64,000 bases of DNA from a virus (lineage: Duplodnaviria > Caudoviricetes), in IMG/VR virus record IMGVR_UViG_641201006_000001, positions 154,949-218,948 of that record, one strand, 5' to 3'. Position 1 is the first letter of the stretch; each line of letters begins with the position of its first letter. The notes below the pieces were generated by a model. It saw only the letters and a program-made list of their open reading frames with translations, made no database searches and was not told the origin of the DNA. The translations under genes and the position numbers were made by a program. Shown piece after piece: positions 29,915 to 39,718 of the stretch.

Positions 29915-31576
29915 TTAAGGCTGTGCGTTTGGATCCGGTTGAGCATCGAATTTAGAATCATCTTCTACTAAGTTAAAGATTTGCTTCGCATTCACTGGGT
30001 CTAAGTCAGCAATAGAGGATAGTGTAATGATTTGGTCACTAAACTTCTCTACTGTTGCACGAGATGCGCCACCGTCTAAGTTGATTAAGACAGTTAACAC
30101 ATTGAACTGCAATTGCTCTTTTTTCTTCTTAAATTCTTTCAACCACTCATCTGTGATACCGCAATCGCCATCGGTGATAAATACAATGTCACCTTTCTTA
30201 TAGCGGTCACTTTCTAGACAACGAATAGATTCATCTAATACCGGCATGAATGTTGTACCACCGCTACTATCTAACTCTGCAATGTCCATGATGTCGTCAG
30301 GATCCAACTCACCGGCTGGTATGTTTTTAACATGACTTGCTACAATCTGATGCTGATACGGAATGTATCCGAAGTTACGCTTCTCTTTCTGCGCGACTTC
30401 TAACATCGCTAATGTAAGTGCAGTTGACCAGTCATCCTTGTTTCCTCTCATCGAACCCGATTTATCATGGTCTATGATAATGGGGCCACGACCAACTTTC
30501 TTTATACCATCTTTCTTGTATAACTGTAGTTGTTTCTCGGAGAACTCTTTCATGAATTGGTTACGTGTTGCTGGACTTGCTAACTTCATTAGTGACGTTG
30601 GCGTAACACGAGATAAATCATTTCCTGTTTCGATTGTACGAACAGAGTGACCATCTGGTGTACGCTGCGTCTTCTTCTGCAAGGCAATAGCTTTCATGCG
30701 ACCAACTAGGTCTGTTAAATTATTAAGGCGTGGACTGCGACGAATACGTTCAATTGCCTTCTTACGTCGGTCAATCGAGATACGCATCGTACTAGACGTA
30801 CCATCCAAGCCCCATGATTCCATTGTGTCACGGACTTCACGAACTTCTTCAAACGCCTTCTTCGACGCTTGTTCCATTGCTTGTTCCATGCCTTGCTTCA
30901 TTTCTTCCTGACCTGATTTGTTTAGGTCAATTTCATCTTCTAGATCTTGTATTTGCTGTTGCAAGCGTGCTAGTTCCTCGGCTTCTCTTTGTGTTAAACC
31001 TTTACCGCCGGGGCCACCCTTTTCATTTAATTCATCGACACGGTTCTGTGCATCTCGTGCCTTGTTTAATTGGTCAATCAACTCACCAGCGTCACCGCCG
31101 TCTTGCTTTTCACCAGTTTGTTGCTGTTGTATATACTGCTGTTTGAAATACTGGATTTTCTCCATTGCCTGATTCTGCATAACTTCTGTACCAATGGCAC
31201 TGTTCATCACATCAAACTTTGTATTCTTACGAAGCTGGTCATACTGCTCTGACTCCATCAGTCCTTCCATCATTTGATGGTTTAACCGAGAGAAGGCATC
31301 CATGTCCTCTTCGTCGTGCATACGTGCTTTGTAGCTGAACAAACTTTGGTAAATATCTTCTGACAGGTTACCGAAAGGAGCATACTCGTCTAAACCACTT
31401 TGCATGTTCTCTTGCATAACCTCGTACTGATCTACCGTGTCATGAAATAACTCACGGTCAAATTCCGTCATCTTGATACTATTCTTATGCTTCTGTAACG
31501 GGTCAATGTCCTTTTTCAATCCTAACGTTTCTTGTACTAAGTTACCCTCATTACGTTTTCTACGTCCCCAGCTCAT
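29915..31576 (-). CDS. VWA-domain protein (ViaA/CoxE-like)
   Basis: MIDAS DKSGSM, GGT, FITDG; adjacent to a MoxR ATPase. Confidence 0.9.
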   Translation of the reverse strand: MSWGRRKRNEGNLVQETLGLKKDIDPLQKHKNSIKMTEFDRELFHDTVDQYEVMQENMQSGLDEYAPFGNLSEDIYQSLFSYKARMHDEEDMDAFSRLNHQMMEGLMESEQYDQLRKNTKFDVMNSAIGTEVMQNQAMEKIQYFKQQYIQQQQTGEKQDGGDAGELIDQLNKARDAQNRVDELNEKGGPGGKGLTQREAEELARLQQQIQDLEDEIDLNKSGQEEMKQGMEQAMEQASKKAFEEVREVRDTMESWGLDGTSSTMRISIDRRKKAIERIRRSPRLNNLTDLVGRMKAIALQKKTQRTPDGHSVRTIETGNDLSRVTPTSLMKLASPATRNQFMKEFSEKQLQLYKKDGIKKVGRGPIIIDHDKSGSMRGNKDDWSTALTLAMLEVAQKEKRNFGYIPYQHQIVASHVKNIPAGELDPDDIMDIAELDSSGGTTFMPVLDESIRCLESDRYKKGDIVFITDGDCGITDEWLKEFKKKKEQLQFNVLTVLINLDGGASRATVEKFSDQIITLSSIADLDPVNAKQIFNLVEDDSKFDAQPDPNAQP

Positions 31577-31830
31577 TTCGCTACCTCTTTCAAGTTCGTT
31601 TCTTTTTCAATTGATATTTTAATGAGTTCTTTGTCTTTGTTACGATACTGAATGTATCCTTCATCTGTATCTGTTAATGATGTAGCTTCGACATCAGTCT
31701 CCGTTTTCAGAGCAGCTACGATGATGTTTAAGACATGTTCTGCATTAAACCCACTGATATGTGTAAAGAAGAACTTCTTGTACTTTGTGACTGTTGAAAT
31801 TCGATAAGGATGCAATTGGTTTTCGTCCAT
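31573..31830 (-). CDS. Hypothetical protein
   Basis: 85 aa; GGGAGG SD. Confidence 0.7.
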   Translation of the reverse strand: MDENQLHPYRISTVTKYKKFFFTHISGFNAEHVLNIIVAALKTETDVEATSLTDTDEGYIQYRNKDKELIKISIEKETNLKEVAK

Positions 31831-31921
31831 TGTATAGCCTCCCTAGTTAGAATCAGGAGAAGGCGCTAAGTTCCATAAGTCTCTTAGTTGCTTCTCCATA
31901 AATTCACTTACATTTAATTTC

Positions 31922-33337
31922 TTATCCCCACTGCCGAGAAGACTTGCGGTTCGTTTGACGTAAGCATGTAGTAGAGATTTCATTTACGATTTCTTCTACT
32001 TTTACTAAGTACGCATCTAACTTATCAAGTTCTGCGTCAGATGCGCCGTTACGTTCTGCTTCTTTGATTTCATCAGACATCTTATCTAACATTTCGGATA
32101 GAGAAGAATTTGTTTGAACAGCAGTTCCGGCACGCTCTGTGCGGTTCTCAATTTCCATTGTAGACTTCTTCAATTCTTCCGCTTTCTTCACGAACTCTTT
32201 CATCTTCGATTCATGCGGATTCATATACTTGCCTAACTCTTTATCAAGAATTTCTAGCTCCTTGCGGTCTTTGTTCCAAAGTACGTTACGTAGTGCCATG
32301 AAGTCACTACCATTTACTGTGTCACGACCTTCTAATAGAGCATTAGCCATCATGATAAGCTGTGCTTTGTAATAACGTCGGTCAGAGATAACCATGTTAT
32401 TAGTGCCTAATGTACGTACTAAACGCTCGAAGTCTTTCGCAATACGAGCAGGGAAATCAACCATATGTACCGCTTGTTGCAGTAAGTCGATTTCATCTAA
32501 CGTGATTGTTGTTTTCGGTAAGATACCTTTCTTCTTCGATGCACGACCTGCTGTAACCATTTTGATACGGTTCTGTGGGTCTTGGATATATTCAATCCAG
32601 TGACGGAACATGAATCGGTCATAGAACGCCTCTAATCCTTCGTCCTCCGGATATTCATTTGACGCACCCATAACGATACGTAATTCAACTGGTACAGCTT
32701 TCCCATCGTTATAGAAGATACCTTCATTCAGCATAGATAACAGATAGTTCAGTGACGGTTCATTCGATTTGAAAATCTCATCAAGGAAACCGACATGTGC
32801 TTCTGGCAACTTGCCTGTTGTGATACGTAAGAACTTATCGTTCTCCATACCTTTTACGGAATACGGGCCAACTAAATCCGCTGGGTCAGTTGTACGGTTC
32901 ATTAACCATTTGAATGTGCGAGCCTTTTCAACGTGACTTGAGAATAAATCAGCAAGCATCGACTTACCTGTTCCCGGAGGCCCTAAGAATAGAATGTTTT
33001 CTCCTGCAATTAATGCACGAAGAATATCTTTAATTACATGCTCACGTTCGAATACGTTTGCATTCATTTCATCGAAGATGTCTTCTAACTTCGGAACAAC
33101 CGCTAATGCAAGTTGCAGTGGATTCGATTTCTTTTTCACGGATGATTTCGTTGTAGATACTTTCTTTTTCTTACGAACAGGTTTTACTTCTTCAACCTCT
33201 TCTTCTTCGTAATCTTCATCCTCGTCATCCCAATCATCTTCGTCTAACTCATCATCTACTACGTTGTAGTCCTCTTCTAGTTCTTCCTCTTGCTCTCTTA
33301 GTCTACGTCTACGCTTTCTTGCTACTGCCTCTGCCAT
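31922..33337 (-). CDS. MoxR/RavA-family AAA+ ATPase
   Basis: GPPGTGKS, FLDEIFK, ASNE, DRF, SDRR. Confidence 0.93.
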   Translation of the reverse strand: MAEAVARKRRRRLREQEEELEEDYNVVDDELDEDDWDDEDEDYEEEEVEEVKPVRKKKKVSTTKSSVKKKSNPLQLALAVVPKLEDIFDEMNANVFEREHVIKDILRALIAGENILFLGPPGTGKSMLADLFSSHVEKARTFKWLMNRTTDPADLVGPYSVKGMENDKFLRITTGKLPEAHVGFLDEIFKSNEPSLNYLLSMLNEGIFYNDGKAVPVELRIVMGASNEYPEDEGLEAFYDRFMFRHWIEYIQDPQNRIKMVTAGRASKKKGILPKTTITLDEIDLLQQAVHMVDFPARIAKDFERLVRTLGTNNMVISDRRYYKAQLIMMANALLEGRDTVNGSDFMALRNVLWNKDRKELEILDKELGKYMNPHESKMKEFVKKAEELKKSTMEIENRTERAGTAVQTNSSLSEMLDKMSDEIKEAERNGASDAELDKLDAYLVKVEEIVNEISTTCLRQTNRKSSRQWG

Positions 33338-33368
33338 AATAAAATAACCTCCTTAGAATGTATAAAAA

Positions 33369-34037
33369 TTAATTAAATTCTTTGTATACGTCGCCCATTG
33401 GGTCATCGCCGTTATCATCTGATTTGCCAAGACCAGACTGACGCTCCCTGCGACTTCTTTTCTTCGGTTTCTCATCTTCTTCCCAGCTATCATTGTCATT
33501 GATATGATTGCCACGACGAACGCCACGAGAATCCTTTGTAACATGGTCTTGTAAGTCCAGTGTATCCACTAGGTCATCCGGATCGTTTTCTACTTCTTCC
33601 TCCGGCTCTTTCTTATCCCAGTTACGCTTTTGTTTCTTGTTGCCATATTTGCTCATAGATGTCTTCTGTAAATTGTCTACAAAGTCATCTAAGTTACTTG
33701 CTTCAAAGTCTTGATAAGAATCTTGCATGTCTTGTTTGACTTGGTTCGCAACATCAGGTGTTCCTGCTACGACGATTAACACACCAGCGATTGCTTGATG
33801 TAATTGTTTCATCATATCCATGAACTCATCTGTTGTTTTTACCTGCAACATTTCTTCAATCAATTCATGAATGTGCATGTATAACATTTCTAAATCTGAG
33901 AAGTCTGTACCTGAATACTTTGTAAGTGCCTTACATTCATCGTACAAACCTTTTACAAATGCATCTAGTTGCTCTAATTGCTTTTTACGGACAGCCATGT
34001 TATCGACATTGCCTTGACCGTTATTCCCTTTTGCCAC
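33369..34037 (-). CDS. Hypothetical protein
   Basis: 222 aa; AAGGAGGAG SD. Confidence 0.75.
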   Translation of the reverse strand: MAKGNNGQGNVDNMAVRKKQLEQLDAFVKGLYDECKALTKYSGTDFSDLEMLYMHIHELIEEMLQVKTTDEFMDMMKQLHQAIAGVLIVVAGTPDVANQVKQDMQDSYQDFEASNLDDFVDNLQKTSMSKYGNKKQKRNWDKKEPEEEVENDPDDLVDTLDLQDHVTKDSRGVRRGNHINDNDSWEEDEKPKKRSRRERQSGLGKSDDNGDDPMGDVYKEFN

Positions 34038-34512
34038 TAGAATCTCCTCCTTTAAATAAATCAGCTAACTCTTGCACGAGTTCTTCCTCCATACGGATCA
34101 AGCCGAACTCCCAATTGATACGTGTACGCTTCAAGATAACTTTACGTAGTAAATCAATATGTGGCAAGGTTTCTTCCTTTGGCAAATCTTGCATAGCCAT
34201 TTGTTTCTCGGACTTCATCTTTTGAATCCATTCCGCCCGCTTATCACGAAACATCTGTTGTAACGAAACAATGCGTGGCAATTCAGTCTCCACTTCTTCT
34301 TTCGTTTTATGAAACAGAATGTCGTCGATACGAAATGTTCGCTCCATCCATGTAGCCATCGGTTTACCCATACGTGGAACCTGTGCTTTCGGTTTCCGGT
34401 GTAATGTAAATCCTTCAATTTCAACCCATCTTCTATTCATAAAATCAGGTACATGTGGACTATCAATAAATATATAGTCGCCTACCTTTAGTTGGTCTGC
34501 GATGACTGTCAT
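34021..34512 (-). CDS. Hypothetical protein
   Basis: ATG 34512 after AAGGAG; sigmaF-like promoter (34537-34565) and a hairpin element upstream. Confidence 0.7.
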   Translation of the reverse strand: MTVIADQLKVGDYIFIDSPHVPDFMNRRWVEIEGFTLHRKPKAQVPRMGKPMATWMERTFRIDDILFHKTKEEVETELPRIVSLQQMFRDKRAEWIQKMKSEKQMAMQDLPKEETLPHIDLLRKVILKRTRINWEFGLIRMEEELVQELADLFKGGDSSGKRE

Positions 34513-34606
34513 GTCGCACGCTCCTTCCGTTACAATTAGTATCACCAAATGTAATACGAATATACATTTTACCATACAAAAAATGCCGTGCGAACGGCAT
34601 TAATGT

Positions 34607-35140
34607 TTAATCAACCCACTCTTCATTATCTACTTGATTCTTTATAGGTAATGTAACAGTTTCAACGGGTTCTTGTGCTTTTTGTAATGCTCTGACGAAC
34701 ACATTATGGTCTGCACTTAGTTCCATATGACGACGTTCTAAATCATCGTATTCAACTTGCAGACTATCATATCTCTTTTGCAGAAGATCATAATGCTCTT
34801 GAAGCGTGATATGATTTAGTTTAAATTTCTCCTCTTCCTCTGCCTTCTGCTTGAGTACATGAATGATTGCATCATAAGACGTATCTCCAAGTGTAATAGG
34901 TTCCGGAGCGTCCTTTAACATATCATGTAATTGCATGGCACGAGCATATTCATGTCGTAATTCACCGGAGAAATGAGAGGCAACTGCCGCTGCTGTTCTC
35001 TGCGGTAAGTGTAGTTCGGAAATAATAGCAGATGCATCAGTTTGGTTATATCCTTGTTGGGTATACTCATGCATATGCTTCATCAAAATTAAATCTTCTT
35101 CTTCTGACCACGGGCCACGTTTCTTTTCAACTGCTTCCAT
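34607..35140 (-). CDS. RsfA-like (Myb/SANT) transcriptional regulator
   Basis: WSEEEDLIL...G..Q......RTAAA......LR..Y..A matches the RsfA N-domain; coiled-coil tail. Confidence 0.75.
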   Translation of the reverse strand: MEAVEKKRGPWSEEEDLILMKHMHEYTQQGYNQTDASAIISELHLPQRTAAAVASHFSGELRHEYARAMQLHDMLKDAPEPITLGDTSYDAIIHVLKQKAEEEEKFKLNHITLQEHYDLLQKRYDSLQVEYDDLERRHMELSADHNVFVRALQKAQEPVETVTLPIKNQVDNEEWVD

Positions 35141-35157
35141 GTATAGTTCATCTCCTC

Positions 35158-37032
35158 TTACCACTCATCATCGTCACTTACGACTTTCTTTTTCTTTTTA
35201 CGTTTCTTCTTCACAATAGATTGGTGGAACTTCGTTACTGCTTCACTATTTTCAAGTGTTGCATCAAAGCTCGCCTGTTTATCATCTAGTCGTTCACGCA
35301 TTTGTTCATCGACAATACCCTGATTAATCAGGTTGATGATATGCACCCTATCGTGCGTGGAATCTAGTCTTCGAATACGATATTTACGCTGTTCCCATAT
35401 AGCAGGATTGTGAGGTAAATCGTAGTTAATCAAGTATCGTCCGGCTTGCAGGTTTAACCCTGTACTACCTGCACCAGTTGCGATTAATACTCGGCATGAA
35501 GGATCGGTATTGAATTTCATCTTACGGCGTTCCCTCACGGAGTCTTTCAATCCACCAACGTAGCGGACGGCACGAGTAAACTTCGATATTTCTCTATGTA
35601 GCATAACAGTCATGCGTTTACTCTCTACGAATATAACGACCTTATGACCATTGTCTACAATCTCCTGTACACGCTGGATACACTCTTGAAACTTCGGTAT
35701 GTCATAAATGTTCTTCACGGCATACTTCTTGTTTCGCTCACGTATCTTCTTATTCTTAGACATCTGGAATAGGTTCGGATGACAACTACCTTGAATACGG
35801 GCATTTAATACCGCCTTCATTCTGTCACCGACTGCTTTCGCTTCCACTTTACGTCCTGCTCGGAGCAGATCACTCTTCTCGGATATTAAATCCTTTTGGT
35901 ACTGCTTGAGTTCTTTATCCAGTTTCAATTGGTTTGGATGTGGCTGAATCGGTACATCTTCTTCTATCATCTTCGGTAGTGATAAGCCAATCTCGGCATC
36001 CGTACGTCTAATGAAGAACTTCTGTATCTTGCGTACAAATTCATCGAGGTGTTGATACCCGATAATGTCTTTATACTCATTCAGTGTTGTGTAACGTTCT
36101 CTGAACTTACGCCAACTACCTAGTATCTTTTCTGACACCATGCTCACAAGTCCAAACATATCATCCGGATAGTTCATAACTGGTGTACCGGTAACAAGTA
36201 ATGCATACGGAATACCTTTGTGGTATCCTTTCTTGTTACGATTGGTACGTGCTTTGATTAATCGTTTTGCGGCCTTGTTCGTTTTACTATCTTTGTTCTT
36301 AATGTTGTGCGCTTCATCAAAGATAATCATGTCAAAGCCCGCTTTTTCTAGCATCAGAGCATTCTGTTGCATGGTTTGATAACTCATGACCATGAACATA
36401 TCATCACTCTTCTTAAACGCTTCGATACATTGTTTCTTCTTATCATCAATGGATTCAGCTACATAGCTTTTACCATTCTTCTTGCGGTAGGTCGCACGGA
36501 AGTCAGCAAACAGTACAGCTTTCTCGTGACTAAACTTTTCTATCTCCTTCATCCATTGCAGACGAGTCGATGCAAGAACAACAACTAACGTTTTATTGAC
36601 ATGACCGGATTGCTTCATTTGAAGTGCCGTCATGATTGCCTGAAACGTTTTCCCTGTTCCCATTAAGTCACCGAGCAGTGCGATGTTTTGCTTCTTGAGT
36701 GAATAGGATAAGAAGTTTGCTCCGAACAACTGAAAGTCTTTCGGTGGCATCTTGAGGTCATGTATCTCAACCTCTTTGATTTTCCTTAGGATTGCAGGTG
36801 GTTTTGGCGGGTCAATATCAAGTAGTTCGTGTCTCGGTACTTTGTATATTAACTCTCCTTCAAATAGTTCGTCTAAATGGTCAGCAGACTCGATAGGGAG
36901 TACCCATACATCATTGTCGCCGTCCCATCTCGCACCATCCACCTGTCGCATCCTCTTATTGTAGTCTTCGTGAAAAGGTGTCTTCACTTCTACAATGTCA
37001 TCGGTTCTTAGGTCTACGAATATTCCCGGCAT
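35158..37032 (-). CDS. SNF2-family helicase/translocase
   Basis: DLMGTGKT, DEAH, TGTP, GLNLQ, NPA...Q..RI.R. Confidence 0.92.
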   Translation of the reverse strand: MPGIFVDLRTDDIVEVKTPFHEDYNKRMRQVDGARWDGDNDVWVLPIESADHLDELFEGELIYKVPRHELLDIDPPKPPAILRKIKEVEIHDLKMPPKDFQLFGANFLSYSLKKQNIALLGDLMGTGKTFQAIMTALQMKQSGHVNKTLVVVLASTRLQWMKEIEKFSHEKAVLFADFRATYRKKNGKSYVAESIDDKKKQCIEAFKKSDDMFMVMSYQTMQQNALMLEKAGFDMIIFDEAHNIKNKDSKTNKAAKRLIKARTNRNKKGYHKGIPYALLVTGTPVMNYPDDMFGLVSMVSEKILGSWRKFRERYTTLNEYKDIIGYQHLDEFVRKIQKFFIRRTDAEIGLSLPKMIEEDVPIQPHPNQLKLDKELKQYQKDLISEKSDLLRAGRKVEAKAVGDRMKAVLNARIQGSCHPNLFQMSKNKKIRERNKKYAVKNIYDIPKFQECIQRVQEIVDNGHKVVIFVESKRMTVMLHREISKFTRAVRYVGGLKDSVRERRKMKFNTDPSCRVLIATGAGSTGLNLQAGRYLINYDLPHNPAIWEQRKYRIRRLDSTHDRVHIINLINQGIVDEQMRERLDDKQASFDATLENSEAVTKFHQSIVKKKRKKKKKVVSDDDEW

Positions 37033-37041
37033 AATACACCT

Positions 37042-37974
37042 CTATAACTGAAAGACAATTGGTTTACTTGCGTAATTCTCATTAATGCCTTTCAAAAGAT
37101 ATAAGTCTGGATGTTTATCCACATACTCTCTCTTGCCTTCATACACATAATCCAGCAAGTGTGCGTGAAATGACGTATCGTACGGGTCACGCTTCGTAAA
37201 CATGCTACTGAACGATTCTGAAAGCATTGCTCGTCGTACTTTCCACGGTTGCGGCCCGACAAGTGTAGCTGTTTTCCCAATGTAATAAATATCATGTAGG
37301 ATTAAACGACTACCATATCCAATATATGCACCGTATATTGTATTTTGATTTTGATAAGCAACGCTCATATCATCCGGATCTTCCTGCTCAAATAAGATGA
37401 AATTACCATTGTCATTAAACACATACCATCCTGTTCCTTTATTTGCATTCACAAGGAACATAACAAAATATGTTTGAGAACCATATTGTATACCAGCTTC
37501 ACCTAACGGCTCTAGTATCATCGTGTCTGAATCAATGAGTCTTTGCACAACGTCATCTGTGTAAGGACGTGATACCTGTATTGTAGTAGGATTAATACTT
37601 TGCGCCATGTTTAACATGAACTGCACATAACTAGTATCAAGAGAGTCTTTTGGTGATGAATGTGCCTCGTATGATGTACCTAGTCTAAAGTATCCCTTCT
37701 TCACTTTCTCGTCTGCACGTTTCTGCGCTGCTTTCGTTGCGTCTTCTTTCGTAGGAAATTCACCTATCGTAGTAGATTGTAGGTTTGCACCGTTCCTGCC
37801 ATAGAAACCAGTGACACCATAAGTTGTTTCCCCACTATGCGGGTTTTCTGCTTTTGAAGCAATGACGATATATACCTTGTCACTTGTACCTTTATGGTAT
37901 CGTAAGTCTGTTCGTTGTACGATAGTCGCACCGCTTGGTAAACCATATCTAAAATCCTTGTAGCCTGTTAGCAA
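37042..37974 (-). CDS. WGR-domain protein with a degenerate ligase-like C-terminal region
   Basis: SDKVY...YGRNG...KVKKGY WGR domain; later ILHDIY...PWKVRRAML. Confidence 0.7.
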   Translation of the reverse strand: MLTGYKDFRYGLPSGATIVQRTDLRYHKGTSDKVYIVIASKAENPHSGETTYGVTGFYGRNGANLQSTTIGEFPTKEDATKAAQKRADEKVKKGYFRLGTSYEAHSSPKDSLDTSYVQFMLNMAQSINPTTIQVSRPYTDDVVQRLIDSDTMILEPLGEAGIQYGSQTYFVMFLVNANKGTGWYVFNDNGNFILFEQEDPDDMSVAYQNQNTIYGAYIGYGSRLILHDIYYIGKTATLVGPQPWKVRRAMLSESFSSMFTKRDPYDTSFHAHLLDYVYEGKREYVDKHPDLYLLKGINENYASKPIVFQL

Positions 37975-38018
37975 CTACAAAACCTCCTTAAAAACGGCAA
38001 GCTCCCGAAGGAACCTGC

Positions 38019-38189
38019 CTACTTGTAATGCCCTACTTCGATTAGATCAAGACGAAGTTCGGATAACCTGTCTTTCAATTCAAATACTAATACATCATCT
38101 TTGTCTTGCATAGCTTGATGTAATTCTAACAGTGTGTAGTCCACTTCTGTCAGTAATGCTTTCGTGCTGAGAGGTTGCCTTGTTGTCAT
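38019..38189 (-). CDS. Small helical protein (56 aa)
   Basis: Below the cutoff; GAGGTG SD; MTTRQPLSTKALLTEVDYTL...; promoter motif at 38210-38239. Confidence 0.65.
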   Translation of the reverse strand: MTTRQPLSTKALLTEVDYTLLELHQAMQDKDDVLVFELKDRLSELRLDLIEVGHYK

Positions 38190-38240
38190 GTTCAACACCT
38201 CATTACATATAGTATTACAATCAGAAAGACAGATTATACA

Positions 38241-38633
38241 TTACATCTCGTGCGAACGAGATTGAAGTACCGTATGGTTGACAGGCAATTCGCCTTCTTC
38301 TTGCTGACGATATAAACTCTTGTTAATTGCTTCAACCATAATAGTAGATAGTACAACCATGTCCTCCGGATTGGTTAAGGAGCATTCGTTTAATGTCTCC
38401 ATTACTGCATTTACTGTACCGTTGATACGATTACGTAATGTAATCTTCTCCTCTTCTGTACGACACATACTATCTACATGATTAAAGAACGTAGATTGAA
38501 TAATGTCTGTGAATCCCATTAGTACAGTGTTGAAGTTGTGCTTGTCAGGATTGATTGAATTAAGTATGTCGTTCATATTTTGTTGTCGTTGTTTACGACT
38601 AATGAACGAGCGCTCTGTATTCTTTGCGTCCAT
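38241..38633 (-). CDS. Hypothetical protein
   Basis: 130 aa; GAGGTG SD. Confidence 0.7.
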   Translation of the reverse strand: MDAKNTERSFISRKQRQQNMNDILNSINPDKHNFNTVLMGFTDIIQSTFFNHVDSMCRTEEEKITLRNRINGTVNAVMETLNECSLTNPEDMVVLSTIMVEAINKSLYRQQEEGELPVNHTVLQSRSHEM

Positions 38634-38669
38634 ATGTACACCTCTTTCTTTTTGGCTACCTACATTATA

Positions 38670-38879
38670 TCAGAACAAGTAGTGCCATAAAGCTTTTAGT
38701 GTCTTTTTCCAAGTACCATCGTTCTGCAATTCATAACCACCCATATACACCTTCCCGTTTACCTGTGAAACGTTATTACATGGAATGTGTTTGGGAATCG
38801 TAAACGACTGTCCGTTCATGACCACGAATCTATCTGCTGTGTCGATGTGTATTCCATCTTGTTTATAAATCATTGGCAT
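38670..38879 (-). CDS. Hypothetical protein
   Basis: 69 aa; AAGGAGG SD. Confidence 0.7.
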   Translation of the reverse strand: MPMIYKQDGIHIDTADRFVVMNGQSFTIPKHIPCNNVSQVNGKVYMGGYELQNDGTWKKTLKALWHYLF

Positions 38880-38913
38880 GTATGTTTCCTCCTTTCGGTC
38901 AACCTCCTAAAAT

Positions 38914-39010
38914 AATAAAAAGACTGACATGACGATAGGGTACTCAGGAGGTTTAGAGTAGGCATCCCTGTCGTTGAAGCAATTGGCTGTCGCTTCACTG
39001 TCAGTCTCAT
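38914..39010 (-). ncRNA. Candidate small RNA with an anti-SD loop
   Basis: Closing stem AGACTGACA/TGTCAGTCT, nested hairpins, loop TAAACCTCCT, 3' U-tract, promoter-like GTATA-N15-GGTTATAAT at 39031-39060. Confidence 0.55.
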
Positions 39011-39069
39011 GTTTATAGTGCAGTCACTAACATTATAACCACACTATGATGAAAGTATACAAGATAAAT

Positions 39070-39267
39070 TTAATCATTGTCAGTAATGACTTGAATACCT
39101 TGTTGTCTTAATTGACCTAGTAAGTCATTCACTTTACCGTCATACAACCCTAAGTATTCCGGTGCAATGTCCTCTCGATTCTTTACTAGACCGTCAGTTA
39201 TGTGCTGCACTTGTTCTAGATCAAGCCGTAACAAGACCACTTTCGGTGTCAACGTCACTGTTTCCAA
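39070..39267 (-). CDS. Hypothetical protein
   Basis: 65 aa; TTG after GGAGGAG. Confidence 0.6.
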   Translation of the reverse strand: METVTLTPKVVLLRLDLEQVQHITDGLVKNREDIAPEYLGLYDGKVNDLLGQLRQQGIQVITDND

Positions 39268-39718
39268 TTGGTGTCACTCCTCCCGCTTTCGCTAACGGAC
39301 TTGTCGCAAATTGATTATACATTTCATCAGACTCTTCAAAGACGCCTTTGACAGTTTGTCTATTCACTTGTAAGTCCTCGAACACGATAATACCTTCTGT
39401 TTTATCATCGCTGAACTCTTTCAGTACGTCCGTGTTCTTCCAGTTGATTTCTTCACCCTTGAATGCGATAAGATGAACTTTACCTTCATCCTTTAATTGA
39501 CCATAGCCATCTTCATTCACGATTGTTTCGCCGTTCTCATCCTTTTGCATATCAAAGCGACGAGCAGCTAAGAAGCCATACGCTGTGTTTGGGTCATCGA
39601 ATAACATAGGCGGTTGACCATTGGCTGTATCACCTACACGTTTTTGCAATTCAATTCTCTTCTTGTCTGATGCGAAGAACGGGAAGTACCATATACGTTT
39701 ACGTCTTTTCTTTGCCAT
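39221..39718 (-). CDS. Hypothetical protein
   Basis: 165 aa, coupled. Confidence 0.75.
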   Translation of the reverse strand: MAKKRRKRIWYFPFFASDKKRIELQKRVGDTANGQPPMLFDDPNTAYGFLAARRFDMQKDENGETIVNEDGYGQLKDEGKVHLIAFKGEEINWKNTDVLKEFSDDKTEGIIVFEDLQVNRQTVKGVFEESDEMYNQFATSPLAKAGGVTPIGNSDVDTESGLVTA

